A stretch of DNA of 64,000 bases from an uncultured Planctomycetota bacterium (GCA_963845755.1 CAWJTV010000011.1:352001-416000), one strand, 5' to 3'. Shown: positions 33,701 to 45,990, counted from the first letter of the stretch. Numbers and translations are program-made. Notes: generated by a model not told the origin, from the letters alone.

Positions 33701-34902
33701 GGACCGTGCGCCGGGCGGGAGCGGGCCCGGCGCGCGGGCGGATTCGGGACCGGTGCGGCGGGCTGATTCTCCCCTTGTTGCACGAAGCTCGCCCGAGTGA
33801 CCGCACCGCCCATGGCGACCGGAGTGCCCGCCGCCTCCAACGAGCCGGGTGCGCAATGCAGGCATAAGAGCTTGTGGATTTCCTCGTTGATGACCTGCGT
33901 CAGGGCGAACGTGAGGTCCATGATGACCGCGTCGCGGAACGTGTTCGGGAGGAGGTCGTCGGTGAGCTCGTGGCGGGCCTCCATGGTCACGATGGCCCCT
34001 TTGCCCTTGCGCGATTCGGGGCCGGGCACGAGCGAGACCGGGAGGCGGAGCAGATACAGGCCGTAGCCGGCCATGTCGGTCAAGTCGTCGCCGCCGTTGA
34101 TCCGCCGGATCTGGTGGAGATGGTTGATGTAGTTCGCCTGCTCGTCCAACTGAATCGTCGGCTCGATCCCGACCCCGGGCTGGCCGGTGGCCGTCGCGAA
34201 GTTGGAGATATTCGAGGGGAGGGGGAGGACGCTGGCCTGGAGGGCGTTGAGCTTCTGGCTGATGTCACTGAGGAGGGACGTCGGATCGGTGGACCCGGAG
34301 CTCGACCCCGAGGCCGAGGAGCTGGCGCCTCCGGAAGCCGGCGCGCTCGAAGACGCGGCCCCCGAGCCGCCGGCGCCCGATGGCGTCCCGGCCATGGAGT
34401 TATTGACCGTCACGGCCGGCGCCGGCGTGGTGGCGGACGTGCCCGTGGGGACGACGGTCGGGACCACGACGGCCGAGGGCCGCGAACCTCCCCCAAGTCC
34501 GCGCGGGGCCGCGACTCCCGCCGCCGCCACGGTCGCCGAGAGCTGGGTCGCATTGGTCAGCACGGCGACGTCGGAACGTCGCTGCGCCGCCTGCAAGATG
34601 AGCTGGAACTGGCCGAGTTGCTGGGCCATTTGCCCCTCGAACTCCGCACGGTAGGCGGTCATCCGGTTCTGGCCCCAGACGTCCGGCGACTTGATCCCGA
34701 TCGTCCCCTTCTTGAAGAGATCCTTATCGATGCAGTCGATCCGGCAGGCAACCTGCTTCATCGTGAGCGGCTCATCCGGCCCCTCGAAGTATTCCCGGAT
34801 GCTCTCAATCACATCATCCCCGCGGCCCACCGAAGTGAGGAGGGCGAACATGACGAGGCTAAGCCCGAATCGGGCCCCAAGGATCTGACGTCGATCCCAC
34901 AT
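30758..34902 (-). CDS. Large secreted uncharacterised protein, paralog 1; frameshifts ~33670-33740 and in-frame TGA at 32741-32743
   Basis: ORFs 33583-35031, 32741-33865 and 30758-32713 join colinearly when aligned to paralogs 2 and 3. Signal peptide starts at ATG 34902 after a GAGGGGG RBS. Confidence 0.8.
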
Positions 34903-35462
34903 GGTTGTCCCCCTCATCCAGAGATCGGGGCGGTGGTAGGAGTTTGCCTTGAAAGTTAGATCGTCACAATCCTGCGGATTCTGCGGCCTAAGATCTGGCC
35001 TTGTTGGACACGAATTCGTTCGGATTGACACTACATTTTGCGCCCGGTCGCCAAACTGCCAATTCGCAGAGAATCCGAGCGAATCAACAATCGTGTGGTG
35101 GAGCCTTCCTCAGAATCAGTTCTTGAATGCTTTTGTGCGGAATCCGGAATCTCGAATCCCTGTCCAATTGCGCCCAAAGGCAGCGTTAGGCGATTGTCCA
35201 AGAAGGTCGTAGGGTTGGGTGAAACCCACCGAGAAATGTGCCCCGCTCTCGTTCGGTTTTCATCCACGCCACTCATCCCGAACGTGGGCCTCGGCTTGTT
35301 TCTCAGCGCGACGGCCGTCCCGCAACCAATCCGACCGGAAAAGCGGTAACCTTCCCCCTATCTCTCCCATTCAACGCACATTATAATCCTCACAATGGGT
35401 TACAGGCAGGACCATCGTCCATCTCGCACCTCGGAAAACCACACTTGTTTTGGAGCACATGT

Positions 35463-36230
35463 ATGTTTCGCCGATTATTGATGTTCAGTATCCTACTCCT
35501 TGCCGCAACGAACCCGGGCGCACGCGCCGACGAACCACCGACGGCGATAACGACTTCAACCCAGGCCGTGCCGGCGGCCTCACAACCAACAGCAGGCGGA
35601 ACGGGCCCGGCTGGTATTGTGGTGGACTCCGGGGTTGCAGTCCCGTCCGGACCGGAGACCTACCTCGCACGCGGTCTGGACGAGATGAAAAACAAGCAAT
35701 ACCGGCCGGCGATCGCCGACTTCGATGACGTGCTCCGCCTCGACCCGAGCTGCGCGGCCGCCTATTACCAGCGCGCGCTGGCGAACCAGAAGACCTCCCG
35801 AATGGAGCGGGCTCTCGGCGACTTATATGAGGCGATCCGGCTCGATCCTCAGAACCCCAACTATTACTTCCTTCGCGGCGAGGTCGCCAAGGCGATGCAC
35901 CGTCACAATCGAGCGATCGAGGATTATACGATGGTCATTCGTCTCGATCCCAAGAATTCGGCGGCGAAGGATCGGCTGTGGGAGCTCACCGATGGGGCGA
36001 AACCGGCGGACCCCCCGAAACCCACACCGACCAAAACGACGACGACCCTACCCACGGCGTTGCAGGCCGCGCTGGATCAGGCGGCCATCGAGGAGGCCAA
36101 CGCCCGGACCGCAACGGCGCGGGCCAACACCGAGGAACAGCTCGCCCGGATCGAGGAAGCGCGGGCTCGCGCCGAGAAGGCCATGCTCGACGCGGAGCGT
36201 TCCCGACGCCAGCGGCTCCAAACCAAGTAG
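35463..36230 (+). CDS. Secreted TPR protein with coiled-coil tail
   Basis: Signal peptide (ARA-D), then three TPRs: AIADFDDVLRLDP, ALGDLYEAIRLDP, AIEDYTMVIRLDP. Confidence 0.85.
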   Translation: MFRRLLMFSILLLAATNPGARADEPPTAITTSTQAVPAASQPTAGGTGPAGIVVDSGVAVPSGPETYLARGLDEMKNKQYRPAIADFDDVLRLDPSCAAAYYQRALANQKTSRMERALGDLYEAIRLDPQNPNYYFLRGEVAKAMHRHNRAIEDYTMVIRLDPKNSAAKDRLWELTDGAKPADPPKPTPTKTTTTLPTALQAALDQAAIEEANARTATARANTEEQLARIEEARARAEKAMLDAERSRRQRLQTK

Positions 36231-36305
36231 GCATCAATAACCGGCGGATACCCGGCGTTATCACGCCCTTCGTTCAGCGCGGGCCTCTCGACCCCGGCGT
36301 GAGAC

Positions 36306-36352
36306 GGACCGCAGGCCTCCCGGCTCGTGTCGCCTGGGGAGACCTGCGGTCC
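36306..36352. repeat. REP-like hairpin between convergent genes (possible terminator role)
   Basis: GGACCGCAGGCCTCCC / GGGAGACCTGCGGTCC, a 15/16 inverted match. Confidence 0.6.
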
Positions 36353-36426
36353 AGCGGCTGGAAACGTCGCGAGACTTTGCGACGTGGTGACACCGTCCCT
36401 CAACAGAAACCCCGTGATCTCGCCCC

Positions 36427-39400
36427 TCAGGGCCGTCCCATGAGCCGCTCCAGGAGCGGCCCTCGGGCCGAGGCCGCTGGCGAGGCGGGGGGCGTGGTCG
36501 CTGCCTGTCGGCGATGGAACAGGCCGTGCCCCTTCGCCTTCGGCATGTTCGTGACCGGGACCTGGACGTTGACCGACGGGGCACGCTGTGGAACCATGAC
36601 CACCGTTTGAGATGAGTGCGTCGGCCCGGGGACCGTCACGGGGGTCGGGGCGGGGACCGAGGGGGGTGTCGGAGTTAGGGTGAATCCCGGCGGCAGGGTG
36701 AATCCCGGCGGCAGGGTGACCCCCGGCGGCAAGGGAGCCCCCGGCGGCGGTGTGGATGTCGGTGTCTGGGCGAGTACCAACGGCATCATGAACCCCGCCG
36801 GTACGGCGCTCGCGGGCAGGAGCGAAGGCATCTTGAAGCCGGCCAATTCCTCGGAGGGAAGGGGCGGGAGATCGTCCCTCGAGCTAGCCGCCTTGGCGGG
36901 CTCAAGCCCAGCTCGCCGTGCGTGGGGATCCTTACCTCGTTCGGTGAACCGGATGGGCGGCACAATGCCGGATCTGGTCCGGGCCCCGGTCTGGGCAGCC
37001 AGGGCCGCTCCCGACGCGGTGGTTTGACCGGCCGGGACCGGGACCGACCAGGAGGTCGGTGGCGGGTCCAGAGTTACCGCGATGGAGATCGTCAGGGTAT
37101 TGGTCGTCGTCGATGTTGTCGGGACCAGGCCCGACGGCGCCACCGGCTGGATCAGTACCGAACTCGAAATCATGCTCGGAATCGGCAGAGTCGGTTGTGT
37201 GGCGAGGATCGGCTTGCTGAGCTGGCCCGCCAGGTCGTCGAGTTGTGTCCCCTGGATCACATAGGTGCCGTCGACGAGCGGGACGTTGTTCAACGTGACC
37301 GGTAGCGAGAAGGTGCTAAAGGGAAAAAGGGCCAGGAGGTTGATCGCCGCCGGCAACGGCCGCGACGGATCGTTCGATTGAATGCGGATCCGCGTACCCT
37401 GCGGGAACGAGTTCGGACCGGTGGGTTGCTTGGCGGGGTTCGCGGCCGGGGTACGATATCCGATCGTCAGGACCTGGTCGATGAAGGTGTAACCGGGAGC
37501 CGCGGCGACGGGAAAAGCCGGAGCCGGGGGCGGCGGCGCGGCCGTCGTGGTCTTCGCCGGGATCTGGAGCCGGTTCGAGATCCCGCTAGGCGTGGACACA
37601 TAGAGCTCGACGACCTGCTGACCATCCTCGCGAGTGGCGGTCTTGACCCCGGGCGGGATCCGCACCCGCATGACCTCCCGGCTGAGGATGTCGAAGCTCC
37701 CGGTGTCCTTCACGGTAAACGTCGTCTTGCCATCCGACCCGACCATGATCAAGTTGCCGTTGACATCCCTGAATGCGGAGTTGAGGGTGGTTCCAAAGAG
37801 GACCGGGTTGTTGTTGGCGTCCTTGGTCACGACCGTATTCGAGCCCTCGCGCGGCACCGCGACGCCCCCGACGACCACGGCGGTCTCATAGAGACTGAAG
37901 TGTTTCCCGTAGACGATGATATCGTAGGGCTGAGACTGGCTCGGGTCGATCGTCTGGATCCCTTCAAATCCGGAGACCTCGGGCACGAGGGCCGTTTCTC
38001 CCTGGGTGAACAGGGCGAAGCCGCCCAGAGTGTTCTGGTAGGGCACCTTCACGAACTGGGTCTGGAGCGGCAGCATCACCTCGAGCTGGTGCAGTCGAGC
38101 TCGTATCCGCTCGACGTCCTCGGGCCGGTATTTGCCGCACTTGCAGGCGGCTTCCAGGGCGTCGCGTGCCTCATTGATGCGGCGCCGAAGTTCGACGGTG
38201 CGCGCGGTGTGGATGGTCCGTTCGTCGGGATCGTGGAGCCGGAACCAGTCACCCGCCACGTCCACCCGCAACCCGCGGACGAACGACGGCATGACGACCA
38301 CCGCGGTCAACTCGCGCATGCCCGGCTCGATCTTGCTGTTGTCGAGCTGATAGTTCCGGCCGGGACCGCCATTGATCAACAAGTTCGCGATGGCGTGGAT
38401 GTTCGACTCATCGGGCGGCGTCTGGTACCGCGGGGTGAACCGCCAGCCGAAGGTGTCGTTGCCGTGTGCGAAGGACGTGACGGTCTGGTTCAGCGCGATG
38501 GCCTCGGCCTCGTATTGCAACTGCCGGTTGTAATTGAGCGCCTGCCGGAAGCTGACGCGGCCCGAGGACAAGGCGAAGGCCAGCGCCAGTTGCAGGTCGC
38601 GCCGGCGGGTGTAGGCATCGTCGATATTCTGCTCATCAATCGTCGGCTCCAGGGCAAATGTGATCATTGGCCAGCGCGCCTTGACATACTCCTGGAAGAC
38701 AGTCGCCGCGTCCGGCGCCGGCTCGGGGGGATAGAAGAACATGGATTCGACCTCGGGCGGGCAAGTATACCCGTCCACCCCCTTGGTCTGCTTCATGTCT
38801 TCACGGAGCTGTCGATTGAGCAGACCGGCCTGGATAACGATCCCCCAGCAGAGGACCCCGATCGGACGGAATCGCAGATTGCCCGGTATCCGGTGCGTGA
38901 AGCTCTCGTAGACGTGGTAGAACTCGTTGAACTCCGCATCCGAGTCGACCTGGACCCCTTTGGGCCCCTCGAACTTCCGGCAGTAGACCTGGTCGGTGAG
39001 GTTCTCCACATACTCGACGTCCTGGAGTAGCGGCGGCTGTTCGCGACACCGGCCCTCCATCAGGTCGTAGGCCGACTCCAGCTCGTGGAGGAGGAAGGTC
39101 CGCACGTCGGTCGCGCGAACCGTCCAGGTGTCCGGGGCTTTCGAGTTTCCCAGGCCCAGCGCCTGCTGCGCGGCGAACGCCAGATTGAGGAGGTTTTGCG
39201 CGACGAACACCCGCTTCACATCGCTCGGGGCAATCGCGTAGATCCGCTGACCCGGCCGGCTCGGTGTTTGTAGCCTCGTTGTCTCCAATAACGGTCTCTT
39301 AATATTCAGCTCAGCCAGTGTTGGGCTCGTTTTTTTCGTGGGATCGCTCCAGTATGTCTGCAACGCCGCCTGATAATTCTGCGCCTGGCCGCTGCGAATC

Positions 39401-40282
39401 AGTTCGTGCACGACCGGCGCAAGCAGGTTGACCAGGTCGTAGATGACCAGGTTGCGGTACGTGGTCTGAAGGAACCTGGGGTTGAAGTCGTGCCTCACCG
39501 TGAGGTTAATGATCGCGCCGAACCCCTTCTTGGTGTGGTCGCCGGGTTCGATCGAGACGGGCACCCGCAAGAGATAGAGCCCGTATCCCGCCGAATCGGC
39601 GTTGTCATCGCCGAGATTGACCCGGCGAAGCCGGTGGAGGTGGGAGATGTAGTCGGCCATCTCGTCGAGCTGGACGTTGGGCTCCAAGCCGAAGTTCATC
39701 GCAGTCAGCGCGCCCGTAGTAGGATTCGACCGCCTGGGGCGCTATCGCGGTGAGCAGGCTGAAGTTCGTGGCGGGGGTGGGAAAGGACGAGGACCCGGGG
39801 AGCTGAGGGGACTGAGCATTCGCCGTGGAGGTGCCGTTCAGGAAGCCGACGGCGGCGTCCCGTTCGTTCGAGACCGCGGTCGGACTCGTAAGCTGCAAGC
39901 TTGTCCCTGGAGCGACCGGCGAGATCGAGGCCCCCAGGGCCGTCTGGCTCGAAAAACCCGCGTAGTCACTACGTGCGATCCGGGCCGAGAGGTAGGGTTG
40001 GAACTTCGTCAACTCTTGCTGCATCGTGTTCTCGAATTCCTTGCGGAACTGCGTCATCCGCGCCTGACTCCAGACGTCGGGATGCTTCACGACGACCGTG
40101 CCCTCATCCAGGATCTTATTCTGGATGTGATCCATCATGCGGGCAACATCGGCGAGCGTGGGCGGGTCCGATGGCCACCTCAGATGGTCGAGAATCCCCT
40201 GCGCACGGCTCGCACTCGGCGCGAGAACCAGCACAAGGACCACACCCGCTGCCCCAAATCTCGATGTCCTTCGACGCATCAT
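36427..40282 (-). CDS. Large secreted uncharacterised protein, paralog 2; frameshift ~39725
   Basis: ORF 39605-40390 carries the signal peptide (ASRA-Q) and PDVWSQARMT. ORF 36427-39699 carries the rest. GGAGGA RBS. Confidence 0.85.
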
Positions 40283-40978
40283 GACGTCCTCCATCCCGCG
40301 AAACCCCTCGATCCTCACCGATCTCCGGGAAATGCTCGTTCTAATCATCGGTCCGATTACATCGATTCTGCGGGCATTTCTGGACTTCATTCATTCGGAC
40401 AAGACGAGGCCACGCGCAATCGTCGTCGCGGGATGTGGATGCGTCCCGAATCGGGATTTGCCCTCCCAAGAATTCGGTGCGGTCCACCTCGGGCCGCCTC
40501 GACGTCCAATGAGTCGATCGACGCCCCGCACGGGACCTCACGTACGACTCGGCGAGACCCGGCCTACGAAGGCGCAGACCCACGGATTTAGGCCGTTTTG
40601 TCATCAGTTCCGCGCGTGATTGAGCGATCCGCGATGACCACGCAGGATCGCCCCCAAGGATCTCTGGATCAGCCAAAGCGCTCGCTGTCAAGAGGGATTT
40701 TGCAGGCCTGGACCTGCAACATTTGAATTACACCGAGGCACCTAAGTCGAACGGAAGCCGAAACTTGAGACGACTCCTCATTTTCGACAAGTGATTGTGC
40801 GTTTTTCATCGAGTTCGGTTAGTAGACCAAAATCTCAGCGTGTCGTCACCTCGTGTGATAGACTCCCGCGTGAAAAGACTCTCGGGTTCGTCGCGGAGGC
40901 CGCCCGGCTCCGCTCAGGGACGGACTCACGGTAGGGAGAGTCGCGGACACCAGGGGGTCTCAGGGAGGCGATCCGACG

Positions 40979-41608
40979 ATGAAGCGGACACACCGTTTTG
41001 TTCCCACGGCATGGGACCAGCTCGAGGGGCGCGTGGTCTTGAGCCAGCAGACGACGCTGGGGCTTTCCACAGTCGTGAGCGGCCTGTCACCGCATCTCCG
41101 GGCGCTGAACCGTCGGCAGACCGCACTGGTCGCCGAGGTCAACCAGGCGTTCGACTCGTTCCAGAACGACTACGATCAGGCCCGCGCGACCTATTTCGCG
41201 TCGCTCCAGGCCAGCGGGGGCTCGTCCGCCGCGGTCAACTCGGCCATGACGGCATTCACGGATTACACCGTGCAGCGAACTCAGGTCCTGGCCCAGCAGA
41301 TCGTCAGCAGCTTCGTCCAGACTCCCCAGGGGACGGCGAAGGCCCCGAACCAACCGTATGCCCTGAAGCAGTTGGTCGAGGCGAGGATTATCGGGCCCAA
41401 GGGCAAGGGACCCGGCGGATCCCTCATCAACTCCCTGAACGGGATGATTCCGCAAATCGATGCCTCCGTCCTCACGTCGTCACCGACCACGACCCTGTAC
41501 ACGCTCAGCCAGGATAATGCCATCGAGGCGACCCGGACTGCCGTGCTCAACGGCGTGAGCATCATGAAGAGCGGAGCTTTCGGGATTCAGAAGGTTAGCC
41601 ACTATTGA
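40979..41608 (+). CDS. Planctomycete-type secreted helical hypothetical protein
   Basis: Basic N-terminus plus the QLEGRVVLS motif. GGAGG RBS. Confidence 0.7.
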   Translation: MKRTHRFVPTAWDQLEGRVVLSQQTTLGLSTVVSGLSPHLRALNRRQTALVAEVNQAFDSFQNDYDQARATYFASLQASGGSSAAVNSAMTAFTDYTVQRTQVLAQQIVSSFVQTPQGTAKAPNQPYALKQLVEARIIGPKGKGPGGSLINSLNGMIPQIDASVLTSSPTTTLYTLSQDNAIEATRTAVLNGVSIMKSGAFGIQKVSHY

Positions 41609-41751
41609 CCGACCCGCGCAGGGTCGCCGGCCATCCGAGGGCAATCAGCGGGCGCGATGGGCGCGCCCGACGCGGAGCACCGGCGATCCGCCGCGCAACG
41701 TTCGCGCCATGCCATCCCACTCGCTGGCACTTGAAAAGGGGCTTGACGGCC

Positions 41752-44700
41752 ATGGACTTCCTCACGCGGCATTCCCACCGGAAGCGTGGTTCGAATCGGG
41801 GCCTCGCGACCACCGTCCTGGTCGAACGGCTCGAGCGGCGAACGTTGCTCAGCCTGCAAGTCGGCCCGATCACGGCGGTCGCGGGCCAGACCTTCAACGG
41901 TCCGGTCGCCACGTTCGGGCCCAATGACCTGCAAGGCACGCTCGCCGACTTTCAGGCCACGATTACCTGGGGCGGTGGTGTGACCCCCAGCTCGCAGGGT
42001 ACGATCACGGCAAACGCCCAGGGGGGCTACACGGTCTCCGGCTCGAACATCTACCCGGAGCCGGGGAATTACACGCTCACCGTGGACGTCACCGGCGCCA
42101 ACAATACTTCGGTGCAGAGCAGCGGCCCCGCGACCGTTTCGGATGCCCCGCTGACGACCAGCCCCGTCACCATCCAGCCGCTGGTCCAGACCGCCTTTTC
42201 GGGCGTCGTGGCCTCGTTCACCAGTGCAAACCCCTACGCCAACACCAGCGATTTCTCGGCCACGATCAACTGGGGTGATGGGGTCAACACCAATACACCG
42301 GGTGTCATCTCCGCGAACAACGCTGGGGGATTCAATGTCGTCGGTCAGTTCGGTGGATACCAGAACGTTGGCACGTTCCCGGTCACGGTGACGATCAAGT
42401 CTCCGGCCGGCCAGACCAACATTGTAAACTCCACGGCCAGTGTGACGGCCCTACCCATCACGGTCTATCCGATCAAGGTGACAGCCGCCGTGAATCAGCC
42501 GGTCAACGGCGTCACGGTCGCATCGTTCGTCGATCCCGATGTGACCGACACCGCCAGCGACTTCCAGGCATCGATCGACTGGGGGGACGGCACAACCTCG
42601 CCAGGGACGATCAGCGGCGGAACCAACGGCGTTTACACGGTGACCGGCACCAAGCCGAGTCCCTACACCGCGGTCGGCACCTATACGGTGACGACCCAGG
42701 TCGTGCGGACGGCCACCCAGCAGACGGCGAGTGCGGCGGGCCAGGCGGTGGTCTCCGCGGTCGGGCCGACCCTCGTCCCGACGGGAGCCCTTCTGGTCGA
42801 GCCCGCCGGAGTGACCTTCAACGACGTTCAGGTGGGCACATTCACCGATTCCAAGGCCGGGGCCCAGACCGCCAGCTTCTCGGTCGCGATCAATTGGGGC
42901 AATGGTCAGACCACGCCCGGAACCGCCACGTTCGTCTCGTCGTCGGGCGGTGTCAGCCTGTTTTCCGTGACCGGGACCAACGTCTACACGACCCCGGGCA
43001 CGTATAACGTGACGGCCACGGTTAACGACAACGTGGGAGATTCGACGACGATCGCCAGCACGGCGGTCGCGACCGGCCCGGTGCTGACGCCGATCAGCGC
43101 CCTGATCATCGCGACCGCCGGGCAACCATTGCCCACCACAACGGTTGTCGGTTCGTTCCTCGATTCCAACACGGCCGACGTCCCGGGCAACTTCACGGCC
43201 ACGATCAACTGGGGCGACGGTCATACCTCGCAGGGGACCGTCACTGCGGTTGCGGGGTCGCCCGGCCTCTTCACGGTCACCGGGACCAATCTCTACACGA
43301 CGCCGAATACCGACACGGTCTCGATCTCGGTCCAGAACAATCAGGGCCAATCGACCACGATCCAGAGCACGGCCGTGGTGATTAGCCCGTTCCTCTCCGC
43401 GACGGGCACCTCCTTTTCCACCACGCCTGGGGTACCGTTGCCCAGCGGCACCGTCGTCGCCAACTTCACCGACTCCAACGTGAACGCAACGGCCGCCAAC
43501 ATCACCGCAACGATCAACTGGGGAGACGGAACCACCAGCACCGGCAAGATCAACCTCATCAGCTCGAACGGCTCGATCAGCACGTTCACGGTGACGGGGA
43601 CGCATGTTTATCCAGCCTCCGGCACGGCAAGCTCCTATCCGGTCATAGTGACGATCGACGACCCGAGCGGGCAGACCACCTCGGTCACCAGTACGGCCAC
43701 GGTCACGACGCCCATCGCCGCGTCCGGTACGACATTCTCGGTCACGCCGGGCCAGTCGTTCACCCAGACGGTCGCCAATTTCACCGACACCAACCCCGCC
43801 GCGAATGCCAGCAATATCACGGCCGTGATCAACTGGGGCGACGGGCAGACGAGCACCGGCCAGATCAGTGGATCCTCGGGCGCCTTCACGGTGTCAGGGA
43901 CCCACACTTACTCGACCCCCGGCGCAGCGTCCTACGCGATCAAGGTGACGATCGTCAACCCGAGCGGCCAGTCGGCCACGGCCAACAGCACGGCGATCGC
44001 GACGGCCTTCATCAACGCAACCGGTACGACCTTCACCACGACGGTCGGCCAAACCTTCACCGCGACGGTCGCCAACTTCACCGACACCAACCCCAATGCG
44101 ACCGCCAAGAACATCTCGGCCCTGATCAACTGGGGCGATGGTCAGTCGAGTGTCGGGCAGATCAGCAGCACCGGCGTGGCCGGCAGCTATACCGTGACGG
44201 GTACCCACACTTATGCTGCGAACCCCGCCACGTCCGGCTCCTTCCCGATCACGGTCACGATCACCGATCCGAGCGGGCAGTCCGCCGTCGCCAATAGCAC
44301 GGCGTTCGTCGCGGCGCCGACCATCGTGGCGACCGGCCTCACCTTCGATGCGGTCCCCGGCCAGTCGTTCACCACGACGGTGGCGACCTTCACCGACTCC
44401 AATCCCAACGCCGTCACCAACCTGCCCACGGCCGTGATCAAGTGGGGGGACGGACAGACCAGCACCGGGACGGTCACCTATGCCGCCGGCGTCTTCACGG
44501 TCATGGGCACCCACACCTACTCGGCCCCGGGCGCATCCAGCACCTATCCGGTGACCGTGACGATCCTCGACCCGAGCGGGCAGACCGCCACGGCCAACAG
44601 TACGGCCATCATCGTCTCGTCCTACATCAGCGCAACCGGCACCACCTTCATCACGTCGGTCGGCCAAACCTTCACCCAGACGGTCGCCAATTTCACCGAC

Positions 44701-45990
44701 ACCAATCCTAACGCAACCCTCAAAAACATCACGGCCCTGATCAACTGGGGCGACGGTCAGTCGAGTGTTGGCCAGATCAGCAGCACCGGCGTGGCCGACA
44801 GCTACACCGTGACAGGTACCCACACTTATGCGACGGCCGGCACGTCCGGGTCTTTCTCGATCACGGTCACGATCGCCGATCCGAGCGGACAGACCGCCGC
44901 CGCCAACAGCACCGCGCTCGTCTCCACACCCACCATCGTGGCGACCGGCAGAACCTTCGCTGCGACTCCGGGGCAGTCGTTCACCACGACGGTCGCGACC
45001 TTCACCGACTCCAATCCCAGCGCCGTCACGAACCTGCCCACGGCCGTGATCACCTGGGGAGACGGACAGACCAGCACCGGGACGGTCACCGACAACGCGG
45101 GTGTCTTCACGGTCACAGGCACGCACACCTATTCCGCTGCGGCGCCGACGGGCTCTTACAACATCCTCGTCACCATCCTCGATCCCAGCGGACAGACCGC
45201 CACAGCCAACAGCACCGCCCTGTTCGTATCGCCCCTCTCCGCGACGGGACTCACGTTCTCCACCACATCCGGCGTGCCCTTCAGCGGAACGGTCGCCTTC
45301 CTCACGGACACCAACCCCGCCGCGAATGCCAGCAACATCGCGGTCGTGATCAACTGGGGCGACGGCCAGACGAGCCCCGGTGTGGTCAGCTCGACCGGTT
45401 CGGCAGGCACTTTCGCCGTGATGGGGACGCACACGTACTCGACCGCCGGCATCGCCACGACCTACCCGGTCACGGTGACCATTGTCGATCCGAGCGGACA
45501 GATGGCCACGGCCAACAGCACGGCGATCGTCGGGAATCCCGGGGCTGCGACCCTCACCGGCGGACTCACCAATCTCATTACGAACGGTCCGCACTCGGCC
45601 GCCGGGTTCACGAATACCAACCGGCCGACCTTCTCGGGAACCACCGCGCCGTTCGCGATCGTGCAACTGTACGCCCGCCATTTCAACGTCGATGCCGAGC
45701 TACCCCTGGGCGAGGCCGTGGCCAACGGTAGCGGCCAGTGGACCCTCACGACCGGACCGCTGGCCGTGGGAACGTACATCGTCACCGCCACGGTCACACT
45801 CCCCGGCAGCTATCCCAGCGGCGCGTTCACCCTGAAGAATCAGAACGGCACGGACCTGGTCTACATCGACCTGACGCCGAGACTCGTCCGATGGTTGTCT
45901 CATGGCCAGAAGTCGATCCCGCATACCAAGGTGCACGTCCCCCATCCCAAAGCGACGAAACCGCAGTGGGTGGGCCACCGCAGGAGGTGA
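41752..45990 (+). CDS. Large surface protein: 12 PKD/Ig-like (WGDG) repeats and a C-terminal bacterial Ig-like domain
   Basis: LERRTLLS motif, 12 copies of I(N/D/T/K)WG(D/G/N)G..G.H.Y, and a TNRPTFSGT..VQLY..G.W domain. Confidence 0.88.
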   Translation: MDFLTRHSHRKRGSNRGLATTVLVERLERRTLLSLQVGPITAVAGQTFNGPVATFGPNDLQGTLADFQATITWGGGVTPSSQGTITANAQGGYTVSGSNIYPEPGNYTLTVDVTGANNTSVQSSGPATVSDAPLTTSPVTIQPLVQTAFSGVVASFTSANPYANTSDFSATINWGDGVNTNTPGVISANNAGGFNVVGQFGGYQNVGTFPVTVTIKSPAGQTNIVNSTASVTALPITVYPIKVTAAVNQPVNGVTVASFVDPDVTDTASDFQASIDWGDGTTSPGTISGGTNGVYTVTGTKPSPYTAVGTYTVTTQVVRTATQQTASAAGQAVVSAVGPTLVPTGALLVEPAGVTFNDVQVGTFTDSKAGAQTASFSVAINWGNGQTTPGTATFVSSSGGVSLFSVTGTNVYTTPGTYNVTATVNDNVGDSTTIASTAVATGPVLTPISALIIATAGQPLPTTTVVGSFLDSNTADVPGNFTATINWGDGHTSQGTVTAVAGSPGLFTVTGTNLYTTPNTDTVSISVQNNQGQSTTIQSTAVVISPFLSATGTSFSTTPGVPLPSGTVVANFTDSNVNATAANITATINWGDGTTSTGKINLISSNGSISTFTVTGTHVYPASGTASSYPVIVTIDDPSGQTTSVTSTATVTTPIAASGTTFSVTPGQSFTQTVANFTDTNPAANASNITAVINWGDGQTSTGQISGSSGAFTVSGTHTYSTPGAASYAIKVTIVNPSGQSATANSTAIATAFINATGTTFTTTVGQTFTATVANFTDTNPNATAKNISALINWGDGQSSVGQISSTGVAGSYTVTGTHTYAANPATSGSFPITVTITDPSGQSAVANSTAFVAAPTIVATGLTFDAVPGQSFTTTVATFTDSNPNAVTNLPTAVIKWGDGQTSTGTVTYAAGVFTVMGTHTYSAPGASSTYPVTVTILDPSGQTATANSTAIIVSSYISATGTTFITSVGQTFTQTVANFTDTNPNATLKNITALINWGDGQSSVGQISSTGVADSYTVTGTHTYATAGTSGSFSITVTIADPSGQTAAANSTALVSTPTIVATGRTFAATPGQSFTTTVATFTDSNPSAVTNLPTAVITWGDGQTSTGTVTDNAGVFTVTGTHTYSAAAPTGSYNILVTILDPSGQTATANSTALFVSPLSATGLTFSTTSGVPFSGTVAFLTDTNPAANASNIAVVINWGDGQTSPGVVSSTGSAGTFAVMGTHTYSTAGIATTYPVTVTIVDPSGQMATANSTAIVGNPGAATLTGGLTNLITNGPHSAAGFTNTNRPTFSGTTAPFAIVQLYARHFNVDAELPLGEAVANGSGQWTLTTGPLAVGTYIVTATVTLPGSYPSGAFTLKNQNGTDLVYIDLTPRLVRWLSHGQKSIPHTKVHVPHPKATKPQWVGHRRR

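Noticed and set aside
31499..33766. Long antisense ORFs (e.g. 31499-33766, 37378-39030, 43894-45681, 26976-28478, 56834-58327)
   Set aside because: These are shadow frames of real genes, expected in high-GC DNA, and show no family motifs.
41785..41800. GGTTCGAATC tRNA T-loop-like motif
   Set aside because: It lies inside a CDS and has no cloverleaf around it.
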